DNA of 64,000 bases, from assembly GCA_002309715.1 (NCBI GenBank), contig DBXW01000005.1:321613-385612 (forward strand), in the 5' to 3' direction. The DNA comes from Candidatus Avelusimicrobium cornigerorum (GTDB lineage Bacteria; Elusimicrobiota; Elusimicrobia; Elusimicrobiales; Elusimicrobiaceae). Positions 46,105 through 56,432 of this stretch are shown in pieces. Below the pieces are notes generated by a model that saw nothing but the letters and a program-made list of their open reading frames with translations, did not search any database and was not told where the DNA came from. Position 1 is the first letter of the stretch. Every line of letters begins with the position of its first letter. A program made the position numbers and the translations under genes.

Positions 46105-49100
46105 ATGAAAACAAAATTAAGTATCAGCGTTATTGAAGTAATTAAAAGAAGCATTAGTCTAACCCTTGCCTTTATTATGCTAGGCAATCTGATGGCCGAG
46201 GCTATGCCTAAACAAACTACGGCTGTCCGGCATCAACAAATTGTTAACGCTATTGAACAACAACTTCAACTGTCTCCGACCGAAAAACTACGAATTATAA
46301 ATGAGCAACTATTAAAAGGTTTTACTGATTCTTCCGAAAAAACTTCCGAAACGATAGATAAAGAAACCCAAGAAATTATTGCCGCGTTTACCCCAAAAAG
46401 CAGAGAAGAATTTTTAAATGAGTATAAAAAATTGGCGGATGATAGTTTGGCTAAAGAACAAAAAGCCCTACAGGCCGAGTACAATAAACAAATTGAGGCG
46501 CTTCAAACTTCCCTGGACGAATCTTACGCACTGGCCCAACAGGAAGCATTGGATGAATCCGGCAAAATCGCGGATGATAAAGTTTTACAACTTGGCATAT
46601 ATAAATCCTATTTAAAAGACGAGCAGGAAAAGAATTTGGCCGAACTAAAGGCAAATTTTGAACAAGCCCAAAACAAATTAAATAAAGATTTTTCTTCCTA
46701 TATAAACGATGGAGATAATGCTTATAGAGAGTATTTGGACTCTTTTTCCCAAGCCCAACAAGATTTTCGTAGGGCGGTCAATGAACAACTTAATGCGTTC
46801 TTGCAAGAGGCTATTGATGCCTATAAAGAGGTTTCCGATACTGCCCAATCCTACAGCATTTCTGCGCGTACAACCGATTTAGAAAAGGTGAAAACGGCTG
46901 CCCAGGCTATGGAAAATTTTCTATCCATTATCACCGTTTTGGCTTCCATAGAAGATCATGAGGCCATTTTTCAGGGAGTAGATTTGGCGTATATTCATAA
47001 ATTTCTCCAATCGTTTATTAAAAACGGAGCGTGCAGTACACACCAAGAAACAACGTATGATCCTCAGGCCGACTACAATACATCCTCTTATGCGCCTATC
47101 GGCGGGAGCCCAAGTGCCGCCAAAATGTATGCGGTACAATCGGCCAAACGATATTCGGTTGAACTTGATAAACCCAAAACTTGTGAATATGCATTGACGG
47201 CGTTAATCCCTTACGGTACGTTGAAAGGGGCACCGGCCGTCGTGGCGGAGTTTGTAAAATCGCACTATCAGAGCGCCACATTTGCCACGGTACTTTTATT
47301 CGGTACCCGGTCTTTGTTACTATCCAAAGAGCCGCAACGCGTTGCCGTACTTAAACCGATTGTTGAAAAGAGTATTCGCTTAGAAAATGATGCCCGCGCG
47401 GGCAAAACCGGAAGTTGGACTGATTCATTACACTTTTTAGACTTTTTACAAATCGGTTATTGGACACGCAAAACCATTACTGACGGTCCTTATGTAAATC
47501 ACAACGTGGCGGCTTCGGGACAGCAAGCCAATGGAGAAGATAACCTGTGGGAAGATTTCGCCAAACTTTTAGCGGGGGAAATGCACCAAGGCAACCAAAA
47601 CGCCAAAGAAATTTTAACATTATCGGTTAACCAATGCGAACTTAAAACATCCGGCGGTTATTCGTGGTTCGGTCAGCAAGATAATAATAAACAATGGCTG
47701 GAATGCGGTGGTATTTATCCGTTCTTATTCGGGGTACTAAGATACGCCCCCGAATTGGCGGAAAGTTTAAAAGTACATTCTTGGCCCAATAAACCGACGG
47801 TGTCCGGGTATGCTATGGGCGGATACAACGGTAAATCTCGTTATGTTACTCCGGAAGAAGCCGATGCAAATAAACAATGGCTCAAAGAGCATGATATCTT
47901 GGAAAAATTTACAAAAGCCGAAGTATTGGCCATGGATTTTTACAGCAAGGTTTTTGAAGGCCAAACTATGCTTGAGAAACAGCGTATTGATAATATCATT
48001 GCCCGTTCCAACATTTTGAACAAACATAAAAAGATGCTCCCGTATAAAAAAGGGGACGATACCTATAAAAGCATAGAAAGACTTACCAATGTGGGGCTCG
48101 TGCTCAATGCGCTGGCAGATTATGCCGATCAACTTATCGCGTTGGTGCTGTTGACTAAATTAGGCGCGAGTGCGTTAGGTAAAGTTTTTACGATATTCAA
48201 AACGCTGACTAAAGCCAAGACCATCCGTGCGATGATTCTGTCATTTAAACTAATTCCCAATTTAAGTTTAGCAAAAGGTGTTAAAATGGCAAATGCTTTT
48301 AAGGCAGCCGGCTTAAACCCGCAAATCCTTCTTAAACTAAATGCGATTCCCCAAAAGATCAAACAAATCAAGCGGTTCAAAACTAAAACATTGGCTAATT
48401 TCAGAAGTGCTTACGCAACCACCTATGTTTTCAAGCCGTTTGTGACGGTAAAATCGGTTAATAGTATGAAAGGAGCCGTCGGTTCGGTCGGAATAACTAA
48501 AGTGGCGGGGGCCACCAAATTGACCGGCGTATCCGGGGCGGTTTCGGAAGTACATACGGTAGGCGGCACGGCTTTTTGGGGCGGAAAGGGCCGGATTGTT
48601 CGGCCTAAGCCGTTAACCCGGGAAGCGGCCCAAAAAGAAATTCCGCTGTATGGGAAAGGGAGTCCGGCTTATCCGTGGAATACAAAAGAAAAAGCCAATT
48701 TTGAATTAAATAAAGAAGGCGTAACCGCTCAGTATTTTGCGTTGGAAGTAAATGAAGACGGTACTGCGGTTAAACGGTTGGTGGAAATCAAGGACTTAGG
48801 TTTTAAGGACAAAGTGCTTTATATCAACGGGCAAATGGCAAAAACTTTTAAGGCCTATATCCCGATGGACCAGTTGGAAAGCCTATCGGCCATTGCCAAA
48901 GACAGCGGATTTGGGTTTGATTTTAAGGGAGTATGGGTTCGCTTGTACCGGGAAGGAGAATTGCCCGAGGATATCAAAACATTTAGCGAAGTCAAACAAA
49001 CGGCCGGAAATGTGGGACAAATTGCCAGAGCCAAGAAAATAAAAGGAGTCAAGAAAAATAAAGGAACTCCTATTGAGCCGGATGAAAAAGTAATTCCGCT

Positions 49101-51537
49101 CAAACAAAAAGAAGACCTCGGCTTCTGGGGTAATTTACGTAAAAAATTGAAAACCAGACATGAAAAACGTCTTTCCTTAGACGAAAATACCTACGTTGTA
49201 CCGTTGTACGATGAAACCGGCACCCGGCAAATTCTCGGAGTGGGATTAAACCCCGGCGATAAAGTACAAGCCGTATTGCTTGAAAAGTTGGATCCGAAAA
49301 CTTTTAAGGAATGGAAAGCGGCTAAAGATTCTAAATGGTTTAGGAAAAAAACGGCAAAAGTGGAAGATATTGTTCCCGATGCTAAGTTAATATACAAAGA
49401 CGGTAAAATATTTTTACAAGAAGGTAAAAAATTAAAATGGTTAGAGGAATACAAAGGCGTGGGTATTCCGAAAACGGTTTTCTCCAACGTAACGGACATT
49501 CGTGAAGTAGAGAAAGTTCAAGCCGTCAAAGAAGCCAAGGAAGCGGCCAATGTGGCCAAGGCTACCAAATTTCTAAATCAATTATTTGCGTTGGGCGGTG
49601 CCGAAGGTAAGGGTGGGCTCATTTTGTGTCAAACAAAAGACAAATTGGGCTTTGCCAAAATGCTCAACGTGCTTAGTTACAGCGCAGCGAGCAGTGCCTT
49701 AATGATGACGTTGGAAGCGGACGTAGGGCCGTTTATCAGTACAGCAGTCGGTCTCGGGTTGCCGTATATTTCCGCGTTTTTGGCTCCGATACTAGCCCCC
49801 TTTGTGGAGCGGTTCGGCGCGCGTACAGTAGTGTTGGCATCTTTAGGTTTGGCGACCGCTTCGCTGGCGTATGTAATGTTGTCGGGTTGGTATGGGGATG
49901 GCATGGAATGGAACGAAAAAACCGGGAAAAAGGATATTTTGAAGGCGTCAAAATGGCCGCTTATTATCAACGCTTTTCTGACGGGTATAGCGGCTACCGG
50001 TTTGCGGGCTTCTTCCAACGCGATATTAAAAGCGTATGAAACTTCTCCAAGTACGTTAGTAGGATCTATGGTGTGGAAGAGCGTCGGTGCTTTAACGACA
50101 ACGGCTCTGCCGTTAGGGTGGTATTTATGCGCCGGGCTTCGGGAAGATAAAACGGTGGATTTCTCTTTCGCGTTTCCGATAATGTTTGTCCTTACAGTAG
50201 CGGCGGCGGCCGGGATACGTCTTAATTTCCCGAAAAAAGCCAATCCCGCGGCCGAGATTACCGCTCAGACAATAAGAGATTCGTTTGCGTACATACGACC
50301 GGTTTGGTGGGGCTTTTGGAACGGTGAAGCCGGAAAAGTAGGGCCCTTGGCGCGCAATGTATGGGGTATGATGTTGATGAGTTCCATGGAAGGTTATGTA
50401 TATTTCAAGGCGATTTCTGCGGTATACCGCGACATTGCCAAAGGACAGTTCAGTTTAGATGATACCCCAGCCAAATTAGTTGCAGCGGTTGCCTCGGCTA
50501 TTCCGCAAGTATTTGTAAGAAGCAGTGGTTTGGGCAAAGTTAAACAAATTGAAAGAGCCAGTAATTTTAAGTTGGGGGTGGTTAATTCCATCGCTCTTTC
50601 ATTAGCCGGGACACTGCTTTATATGTTGCCCTTGGATAATGCTGATAACGGAACGAAGATTTTTCAGGGGTTGCTCAGCGGGATTTTACTGGGGATGGGT
50701 ACGGCCAATATCTTCCAATACACCCAAAAAGTAACCTTGAACCGCGCCGACTTGCTAGGTATTAAACCGGCGCATACTACCACGGTATTTTCTGTAGCCA
50801 ATTTGGGGCTTGCGTTGCCACTCTTTCCGGCTGCCTTTGCGAAGAGTCTGAAGGAAAACAAAGGATATTCCGAGGCGGAAGCCAACCAAAAAACCTCAAG
50901 TATACCGCTTGGTTTTTACTTATTCGGAATGATGTTATTCGGGATGGGTGAAGGCGTAATCGGAAACGTGTTTAGACCGGTAGCCAAAGCGTTGAATTTG
51001 GGTTGGAAAATAGGCGCAACCGGCGATGCGTTAGACCAAGTTAAGAAATCGGCAATACCTGCTCCTGCGGTGGATCCTTACACTACCTCTCCGATAGTCC
51101 CCGGTTTCGGGACCATTAAGCGCCCCTTGTTAACGCCTCAGGAAATAGACGATGCGTTTTTGGAGCAGCAAACGCAAGAACAACGGGATACGTTTGTTCG
51201 TTCTGTCCAAGCCAAGCATATGCAAAGTTTCTTTGGGAACAGTTTCCTCAGCCGCTACTTGGACTTGGAAAGCGGCGAGGTGAAAAACGCAGAACAGGAA
51301 CGTGTAACGGAAGAAAAACCGCTTTACGAGCGGTTGTATGAAGCGGAAGTGGAACGACAAAATCAAGCCATACGGAACAAAATATACTGTGGGCTGCTAT
51401 TATACAATCACTTCAAGATTCTTTTTCCGGGAATCGGCCTGACTGCTTTAATGAAAGCGGCAATTGATTCACGGAATTCGTTTCATCCAAAGTTTTCCCA
51501 GTCAAAAAGGGAGCCGGTGTTACAAGGTGCTAATTAA
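46105..51537 (+). CDS. Giant (~1810 aa) protein: signal peptide, coiled coil, unknown middle, C-terminal MFS-like multi-TM domain
   Basis: GGAG RBS; hydrophobic N-terminus; PFVERFGARTVV MFS loop-like motif and multiple TM helices at about 49660-50960. Confidence 0.8.
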   Translation: MKTKLSISVIEVIKRSISLTLAFIMLGNLMAEAMPKQTTAVRHQQIVNAIEQQLQLSPTEKLRIINEQLLKGFTDSSEKTSETIDKETQEIIAAFTPKSREEFLNEYKKLADDSLAKEQKALQAEYNKQIEALQTSLDESYALAQQEALDESGKIADDKVLQLGIYKSYLKDEQEKNLAELKANFEQAQNKLNKDFSSYINDGDNAYREYLDSFSQAQQDFRRAVNEQLNAFLQEAIDAYKEVSDTAQSYSISARTTDLEKVKTAAQAMENFLSIITVLASIEDHEAIFQGVDLAYIHKFLQSFIKNGACSTHQETTYDPQADYNTSSYAPIGGSPSAAKMYAVQSAKRYSVELDKPKTCEYALTALIPYGTLKGAPAVVAEFVKSHYQSATFATVLLFGTRSLLLSKEPQRVAVLKPIVEKSIRLENDARAGKTGSWTDSLHFLDFLQIGYWTRKTITDGPYVNHNVAASGQQANGEDNLWEDFAKLLAGEMHQGNQNAKEILTLSVNQCELKTSGGYSWFGQQDNNKQWLECGGIYPFLFGVLRYAPELAESLKVHSWPNKPTVSGYAMGGYNGKSRYVTPEEADANKQWLKEHDILEKFTKAEVLAMDFYSKVFEGQTMLEKQRIDNIIARSNILNKHKKMLPYKKGDDTYKSIERLTNVGLVLNALADYADQLIALVLLTKLGASALGKVFTIFKTLTKAKTIRAMILSFKLIPNLSLAKGVKMANAFKAAGLNPQILLKLNAIPQKIKQIKRFKTKTLANFRSAYATTYVFKPFVTVKSVNSMKGAVGSVGITKVAGATKLTGVSGAVSEVHTVGGTAFWGGKGRIVRPKPLTREAAQKEIPLYGKGSPAYPWNTKEKANFELNKEGVTAQYFALEVNEDGTAVKRLVEIKDLGFKDKVLYINGQMAKTFKAYIPMDQLESLSAIAKDSGFGFDFKGVWVRLYREGELPEDIKTFSEVKQTAGNVGQIARAKKIKGVKKNKGTPIEPDEKVIPLKQKEDLGFWGNLRKKLKTRHEKRLSLDENTYVVPLYDETGTRQILGVGLNPGDKVQAVLLEKLDPKTFKEWKAAKDSKWFRKKTAKVEDIVPDAKLIYKDGKIFLQEGKKLKWLEEYKGVGIPKTVFSNVTDIREVEKVQAVKEAKEAANVAKATKFLNQLFALGGAEGKGGLILCQTKDKLGFAKMLNVLSYSAASSALMMTLEADVGPFISTAVGLGLPYISAFLAPILAPFVERFGARTVVLASLGLATASLAYVMLSGWYGDGMEWNEKTGKKDILKASKWPLIINAFLTGIAATGLRASSNAILKAYETSPSTLVGSMVWKSVGALTTTALPLGWYLCAGLREDKTVDFSFAFPIMFVLTVAAAAGIRLNFPKKANPAAEITAQTIRDSFAYIRPVWWGFWNGEAGKVGPLARNVWGMMLMSSMEGYVYFKAISAVYRDIAKGQFSLDDTPAKLVAAVASAIPQVFVRSSGLGKVKQIERASNFKLGVVNSIALSLAGTLLYMLPLDNADNGTKIFQGLLSGILLGMGTANIFQYTQKVTLNRADLLGIKPAHTTTVFSVANLGLALPLFPAAFAKSLKENKGYSEAEANQKTSSIPLGFYLFGMMLFGMGEGVIGNVFRPVAKALNLGWKIGATGDALDQVKKSAIPAPAVDPYTTSPIVPGFGTIKRPLLTPQEIDDAFLEQQTQEQRDTFVRSVQAKHMQSFFGNSFLSRYLDLESGEVKNAEQERVTEEKPLYERLYEAEVERQNQAIRNKIYCGLLLYNHFKILFPGIGLTALMKAAIDSRNSFHPKFSQSKREPVLQGAN

Positions 51538-51561
51538 CTTTTCCCTAAAACAACCTACTCT

Positions 51562-51588
51562 GTATCCCCCGGTCTGCCCCGGGGGATA
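51562..51588. terminator. Hairpin terminator
   Basis: GTATCCCCCGG / CCGGGGGATAC. Confidence 0.7.
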
Positions 51589-51682
51589 CTTATTTTAGCA
51601 AAGCATATCACGGGAGAGTTCTTCCTTTCGGATGGCCGAAATACGCCCGCTTTTAATACAAATTTCATATAATATATGAAGT

Positions 51683-52963
51683 ATGGGAATAATTTTACTT
51701 TTCCTAACCAATTTAATTTTTCCGCTGGCTGCGTTAGGGGTAGTGCTTGGTTTTTTGTTTTCCGGGCGCCGCGGGTTGCTTGCTCATTTGACACAAGAAT
51801 TGCGCGAACGCTTCGGTTTGGAAAAAGAAAACGAAATCATACAAGATGCTGTTTGGTTCCACTGCGCTAGCGTAGGGGAAGTGCTTTCCATTAAAGAAAT
51901 AATTTCTCGTTTTAAAGAGATTTACGGCCGAGATGTGCTTATTACAACTTCCACCCAAGCCGGAAAAGAAACGGCCCTTCAAAATCCGCAAGTCAAACAA
52001 GCCTTGCTCGTGCCGCTTGATTTTTATCCTTCTTGCCGCCGGTTTATCCGGTTAGCCCGTCCGCACCGTTTATTCGTGGTGGAACGTGAAATTTGGCCCA
52101 ATTTGTTGGAAGCGGCCTACCAAGCCAAAGTGCCGACGGCTTTACTCAACGGGCGCATTTCGGCCCGTTCGGCGCGTGCTTATATGCTTATCAAACCGCT
52201 TTTCTCGCGGGCGTTTAAACACCTGGCTTTTGCCGCGCTTCAAACGCAGGAAGACGCATCCCGATATATACGTTTGGGCTTGCCGAAAGAACATTGCTTT
52301 GTATGCGGTAATGTGAAGTACGATACCTTAACCGATACTCCTATTAACACGGATCAAGCCGATGAACTGTTTAAGAAATTAGGTTGGGGGGGCAAACAGG
52401 TAATTGTGTTGGGAAGTACACATCCGCAAGAAGAAACGATGCTTCTTCGGGCCGCGCCGGAGTTAGTAAAAAAAGATATTAAAATTGTTTTTGCGCCGCG
52501 TCATTTGGAACGTATGCCGGAAATCCGCGCGACATTACGCCAAAGCGGGCTGATTCACGCTTTTGCCAGCGATGAAAAATTGGTTAAAAATGCCGAGATT
52601 TTATGTGTGGATAAAATGGGTTTGTTATCGGCATTTTATTCACGTGCCACATTAGCGTTTGTAGGCGGATCGGTCGTTCCGCGCGGAGCGCATAATTTGT
52701 TGGAACCGGCCATTTTGGCAAAGACCGTTTTGTTTGGTAAGTATTTTTATAATACGCCGTATCCGGCGCACTCTTTGTTGGAAAATGGCGGCGGGGTATT
52801 GGTGGATGAATATAATTTTAAAGCGATTGTGTTGCGTCTATTGGCTGATAAAGAGCAATTAAATAATATGTCTCAAAAAGCACGCAATACCGCATTAAGT
52901 TTTAAAGGAGCAACCCAAAAAATTATAGAAGTGGTAGAAAATTATGAACGAAAATCTTACTGA
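51683..52963 (+). CDS. waaA: Kdo transferase
   Basis: WFHCASVGE, VERE.WPN, GNVKYD, GSTH, HNLLEPA. Confidence 0.93.
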   Translation: MGIILLFLTNLIFPLAALGVVLGFLFSGRRGLLAHLTQELRERFGLEKENEIIQDAVWFHCASVGEVLSIKEIISRFKEIYGRDVLITTSTQAGKETALQNPQVKQALLVPLDFYPSCRRFIRLARPHRLFVVEREIWPNLLEAAYQAKVPTALLNGRISARSARAYMLIKPLFSRAFKHLAFAALQTQEDASRYIRLGLPKEHCFVCGNVKYDTLTDTPINTDQADELFKKLGWGGKQVIVLGSTHPQEETMLLRAAPELVKKDIKIVFAPRHLERMPEIRATLRQSGLIHAFASDEKLVKNAEILCVDKMGLLSAFYSRATLAFVGGSVVPRGAHNLLEPAILAKTVLFGKYFYNTPYPAHSLLENGGGVLVDEYNFKAIVLRLLADKEQLNNMSQKARNTALSFKGATQKIIEVVENYERKSY

Positions 52964-54497
52964 AAAACAACCCAATGTTTTGGTGATTCGCCTATCTTCT
53001 TTAGGCGATATTGCACTTACGTCACCCGTCTATAAAAATATCAAGGCGGCCTGGCCCAATGCTCGTATTACCCTGTTGGTTAAGCCACAGTTTGCCCAGG
53101 TATTGGCGGGGCATCCGGATATTGATGAAATTATGGTGGCTAAACCCAGTTTGATTTCCAACATCCGCCAAATTCGCGCGGGGGGATTTACCCACCTACT
53201 AGATTTGCATTGCACGCTTAAAACGATGCTTATGAGCATGTTTAGTCGTGTGCCTAACCGGATTCGTTACGATAAAAATTCGTTGGAACGCCGCTTGTTT
53301 GTGCGTTTTCGTAAAATGTCCCCGGTGTTGGAACGCCATACGCTAGACAAGTATTTAAAAGCATTGGAAGCGTGGAACATCCCGGTGAAGTACCGCGAAC
53401 CCAAAATGGGGGATTGGGCCTATAAACACGTAGAAGGAAATGGAAAGAAAGTAAACACGATTGCCATTTTCCAAACTTCGTTTATCGGCGACAGTGTGTT
53501 GACAACACCGTTAATTCGCAAGACGGCAAAACTTTTTCCGGAAGCCAAAATTGTAGTAATCACGCGTCCGCAGACGGAAGATATTTTCCGTCCGATGAAG
53601 GAAGTATCCCAAATTATCCTAAACGATAAAAAAGGGTGGAATAAAATTGCCGGTGTGTGGAAAACTGCCAATGCCATTAAAGCCACGAAAGCGGATATTT
53701 TGTTAGTGCCGCACCGCAGTTTTAGAAGTGCTCTTATTGCGTGGCTTTCGCGTGTGCCGGTGCGTATTGGTTTTACTTCCAGCGAAGGGCGTTTTTTATA
53801 TACAAAGACGGTTCCGTTCTCTTGGATGATACACGATGCCGAGCGCAATTTGTCTTTATTGCAAGGAATCGTAAAAGAAAAATTTACTGCTGAAAAATTA
53901 AACATGGACTATGCTTCCTCGGCTGAAGAAAACGTGGAACGCTTGATGAAAGATTTTAATTTGGAAGGCAAAACGTTGGTCGGTATCCATGCCGGCAGCG
54001 CTTGGCCGACTAAATGCTGGCCCATGGAGTATTACGTTAAACTCATCAGCCGCCTTCAAACCGAACTCGGTGTTCAGGCCGTTCTCGTAGGGGGGGGCAA
54101 AAAGGATACCGATTTGGGTGAAAAAATCTGCCAACTTTCCACCGGGCACGCGGCGAGTCTATGCGGTAAAACCAGCCTGGCGGACTTGATGGCGCTTATG
54201 CAGCATTTAAAATTATTTATTACTAACGATTCGGGGCCTATGCATATTGCCACTGCGTTTGATGTGCCCACCTTGGCAATTTTTGGACCGACCACGCGGG
54301 AATTGGGTTTCTTCCCGTATGGAGAAGGGCACCGTGTGATGGAAGTGCCAAACTTGTCTTGCCGGCCGTGCGCTTTGCACGGGGGAAAGAAATGCCCCGA
54401 GGGCCATTTTAAATGTATGCGCGATATTTTGCCGGACGATGTGTTTAATGTAGCAAAAGAAATGTTGGAAAAAAATAACGCGCTTGAAAAGAAGTAA
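52944..54497 (+). CDS. waaF: GT9 heptosyltransferase (WaaF-like) with an extra N-terminal GT9 half-domain
   Basis: RLSSLGD near aa 15 and QTSFIGD near aa 177; DSGPMHIA. Confidence 0.85.
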   Translation: MNENLTEKQPNVLVIRLSSLGDIALTSPVYKNIKAAWPNARITLLVKPQFAQVLAGHPDIDEIMVAKPSLISNIRQIRAGGFTHLLDLHCTLKTMLMSMFSRVPNRIRYDKNSLERRLFVRFRKMSPVLERHTLDKYLKALEAWNIPVKYREPKMGDWAYKHVEGNGKKVNTIAIFQTSFIGDSVLTTPLIRKTAKLFPEAKIVVITRPQTEDIFRPMKEVSQIILNDKKGWNKIAGVWKTANAIKATKADILLVPHRSFRSALIAWLSRVPVRIGFTSSEGRFLYTKTVPFSWMIHDAERNLSLLQGIVKEKFTAEKLNMDYASSAEENVERLMKDFNLEGKTLVGIHAGSAWPTKCWPMEYYVKLISRLQTELGVQAVLVGGGKKDTDLGEKICQLSTGHAASLCGKTSLADLMALMQHLKLFITNDSGPMHIATAFDVPTLAIFGPTTRELGFFPYGEGHRVMEVPNLSCRPCALHGGKKCPEGHFKCMRDILPDDVFNVAKEMLEKNNALEKK

Positions 54498-54515
54498 GCA
54501 ATCGTTTGCAGTTAT

Positions 54516-54551
54516 AAAATATCCCCCGAATTTTTATCCGGGGGATATTTT
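54516..54551. terminator. Bidirectional terminator
   Basis: AAAATATCCCCCG / CGGGGGATATTTT between convergent genes. Confidence 0.85.
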
Positions 54552-54571
54552 TGTGCCGGGAAGGAAAAAGT

Positions 54572-55468
54572 TTAATGCTCTTCTACCTTTTTTTGGATAA
54601 GCCACAAACTGACAAATACTAAACCCATCCCGATGATTTCCGCTTTTAACGGGATTCGGTGACGAAAAATCATATCCGTTAGCATGGCTACAATCGGGGT
54701 AAAATAGGTAACAGAGGCCATCCGCGTAGCTCCCCAGCGTTGGATAAGAGCCACCATCAGCAGGAAAGCCACTGCGGAAGAAAATACGCCGGCCACAACA
54801 ATAGAGACAATCACTTTCCCCGAGAACGCGCTTAAAGGCGGTATCGGTTCGGCAAGGGTGGCAATAATCAGCAGTGCCCCGGCCGAAAGTAAGTATTGAT
54901 AAAACGTATTTGCTTCCAACGAAACAGCGTTGCTGTCCACCATAATTTTTTTGGTAAGTACATTGCCTAGGCCATACGACCACGCCATAATAAGCAAAGC
55001 AAAACAACCATATAATGCCATGGGCGAAGTGTTAATTTGCCGGGCAGATAATGTCGGGCTAACAATGACGAGTAGGCCGATTAAACCGATCGTTACCCCT
55101 AATGCACGCCGCCATGTAAAGCGGTCCACTCCTTTTAAAAGGATAGCCCCGGCAATAAAACTCCATATCGGTACCGTTCCGTTAAAAATACCCCCCAGCG
55201 TGGGATCTACAAATTGTTGTCCCCAGGACAAGGCCGCAAACGGCAGTAAAATAAGCAGTAGCCCAATCGTGCCGGGCCGCCACAATTCTTTGATGGGGCA
55301 TTTTAAATTTTTCCGGCGAACGCCGTAGAAAATGATAAAGAAAAGTAACCCGGCCATTACCCTAAAAAAGGTACTCCACCACGGCGGTAAGGCCTCTACC
55401 ATATTTTTTGAAGCCAAAAAGGCAGTTCCCCAGCATAAGGCCAGACAAATTGCTAATACATAACTCAT
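54572..55468 (-). CDS. EamA/DMT family transporter
   Basis: About ten TM segments; WGTAF. Confidence 0.9.
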   Translation of the reverse strand: MSYVLAICLALCWGTAFLASKNMVEALPPWWSTFFRVMAGLLFFIIFYGVRRKNLKCPIKELWRPGTIGLLLILLPFAALSWGQQFVDPTLGGIFNGTVPIWSFIAGAILLKGVDRFTWRRALGVTIGLIGLLVIVSPTLSARQINTSPMALYGCFALLIMAWSYGLGNVLTKKIMVDSNAVSLEANTFYQYLLSAGALLIIATLAEPIPPLSAFSGKVIVSIVVAGVFSSAVAFLLMVALIQRWGATRMASVTYFTPIVAMLTDMIFRHRIPLKAEIIGMGLVFVSLWLIQKKVEEH

Positions 55469-55538
55469 ACAATTCTCCTTTTTTTCATTATAATAAATTT
55501 CTGTCTGGGCCGTTCGTGAAATCGTATAATATATAGTG

Positions 55539-56432
55539 ATGAAAAAAATAGTTTTTTGGGTAATGATAGCAGTAATATTAGCGGTGGTTGGCGGATATAT
55601 TTTTAAGCCGTCGCACTCCGCTCCGGCGGTCTCAGGGCTACAAGTAGTGGCTTCCGGCTATGTGCCGTATACGATAGCCAAGCAGATGGTGGGGGAGCAC
55701 GCGCAAGTGTCTATGCTTTTGCCGCCAAACGCTGAACCGCATGCTTTTGAGCCGACGCCGGGCGATATGGTGGCGGTGCACAAGGCGGATGTTTTTGTGT
55801 ATGTTTCCGATGATTTGGAACCGTGGGCTAAAGACGTGCTGGGCGGTGCCGGTGCGAATACACGCGTGGTGCAGTTAGCGTCAACGTTGCCTAAGAGTAA
55901 TGATCTACACGTGTGGATGGATTTTGATAACGTACGAACTATGGCGCGCACGTTGGTCGGTGCATTAGCGCAAGCGGATCCGTCACAGGCGCAGGTTTAC
56001 CAAGACAACTTGGCCCATTTTGAAGAAGAAATCTCGTCGCTGGATAATGAATTTGCCCACGCGTTAGCCAACTGCCAAAGCCGTGAAGTAGTACATGTGG
56101 GCCATTTAGCCTTTTCGGCGTTGGCTAAACGATATAATTTAAAACTTTCTGCGTTAGCGGGGGCTTCGCACGATGGGGAACATTCCGCCCGTAAATTGGC
56201 CGATTTGGTCAAATACATTCGCGCTCGCAACGTGAAAGTGGTATTTACCGAAGAAGCCGTTTCTCCCCGTCTGGCGCAAACGGTGGCGGTGGAAACGGGT
56301 GCATCTTTATTGCCGCTTTATACCATTGAACACGTTTCCAAAGATGATTTTAAAAAGGCCGTTTCCTATAAGGAACTAATGCGTCGCAATTTGGAAAATT
56401 TAAAACAAGGATTAGTATGTCAGGCGTCATAG
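55539..56432 (+). CDS. Zn/Mn ABC transporter substrate-binding protein (ZnuA-like)
   Basis: EPHAFEP, DLHVW, HLAFSAL. Confidence 0.9.
   Translation: MKKIVFWVMIAVILAVVGGYIFKPSHSAPAVSGLQVVASGYVPYTIAKQMVGEHAQVSMLLPPNAEPHAFEPTPGDMVAVHKADVFVYVSDDLEPWAKDVLGGAGANTRVVQLASTLPKSNDLHVWMDFDNVRTMARTLVGALAQADPSQAQVYQDNLAHFEEEISSLDNEFAHALANCQSREVVHVGHLAFSALAKRYNLKLSALAGASHDGEHSARKLADLVKYIRARNVKVVFTEEAVSPRLAQTVAVETGASLLPLYTIEHVSKDDFKKAVSYKELMRRNLENLKQGLVCQAS

Noticed and set aside
53486-53503. Possible WYL box GCGACA-GTGTGT-TGACAA
   Set aside because: Right half-site mismatched, inside the waaF coding region, and no -10 at the fixed distance.
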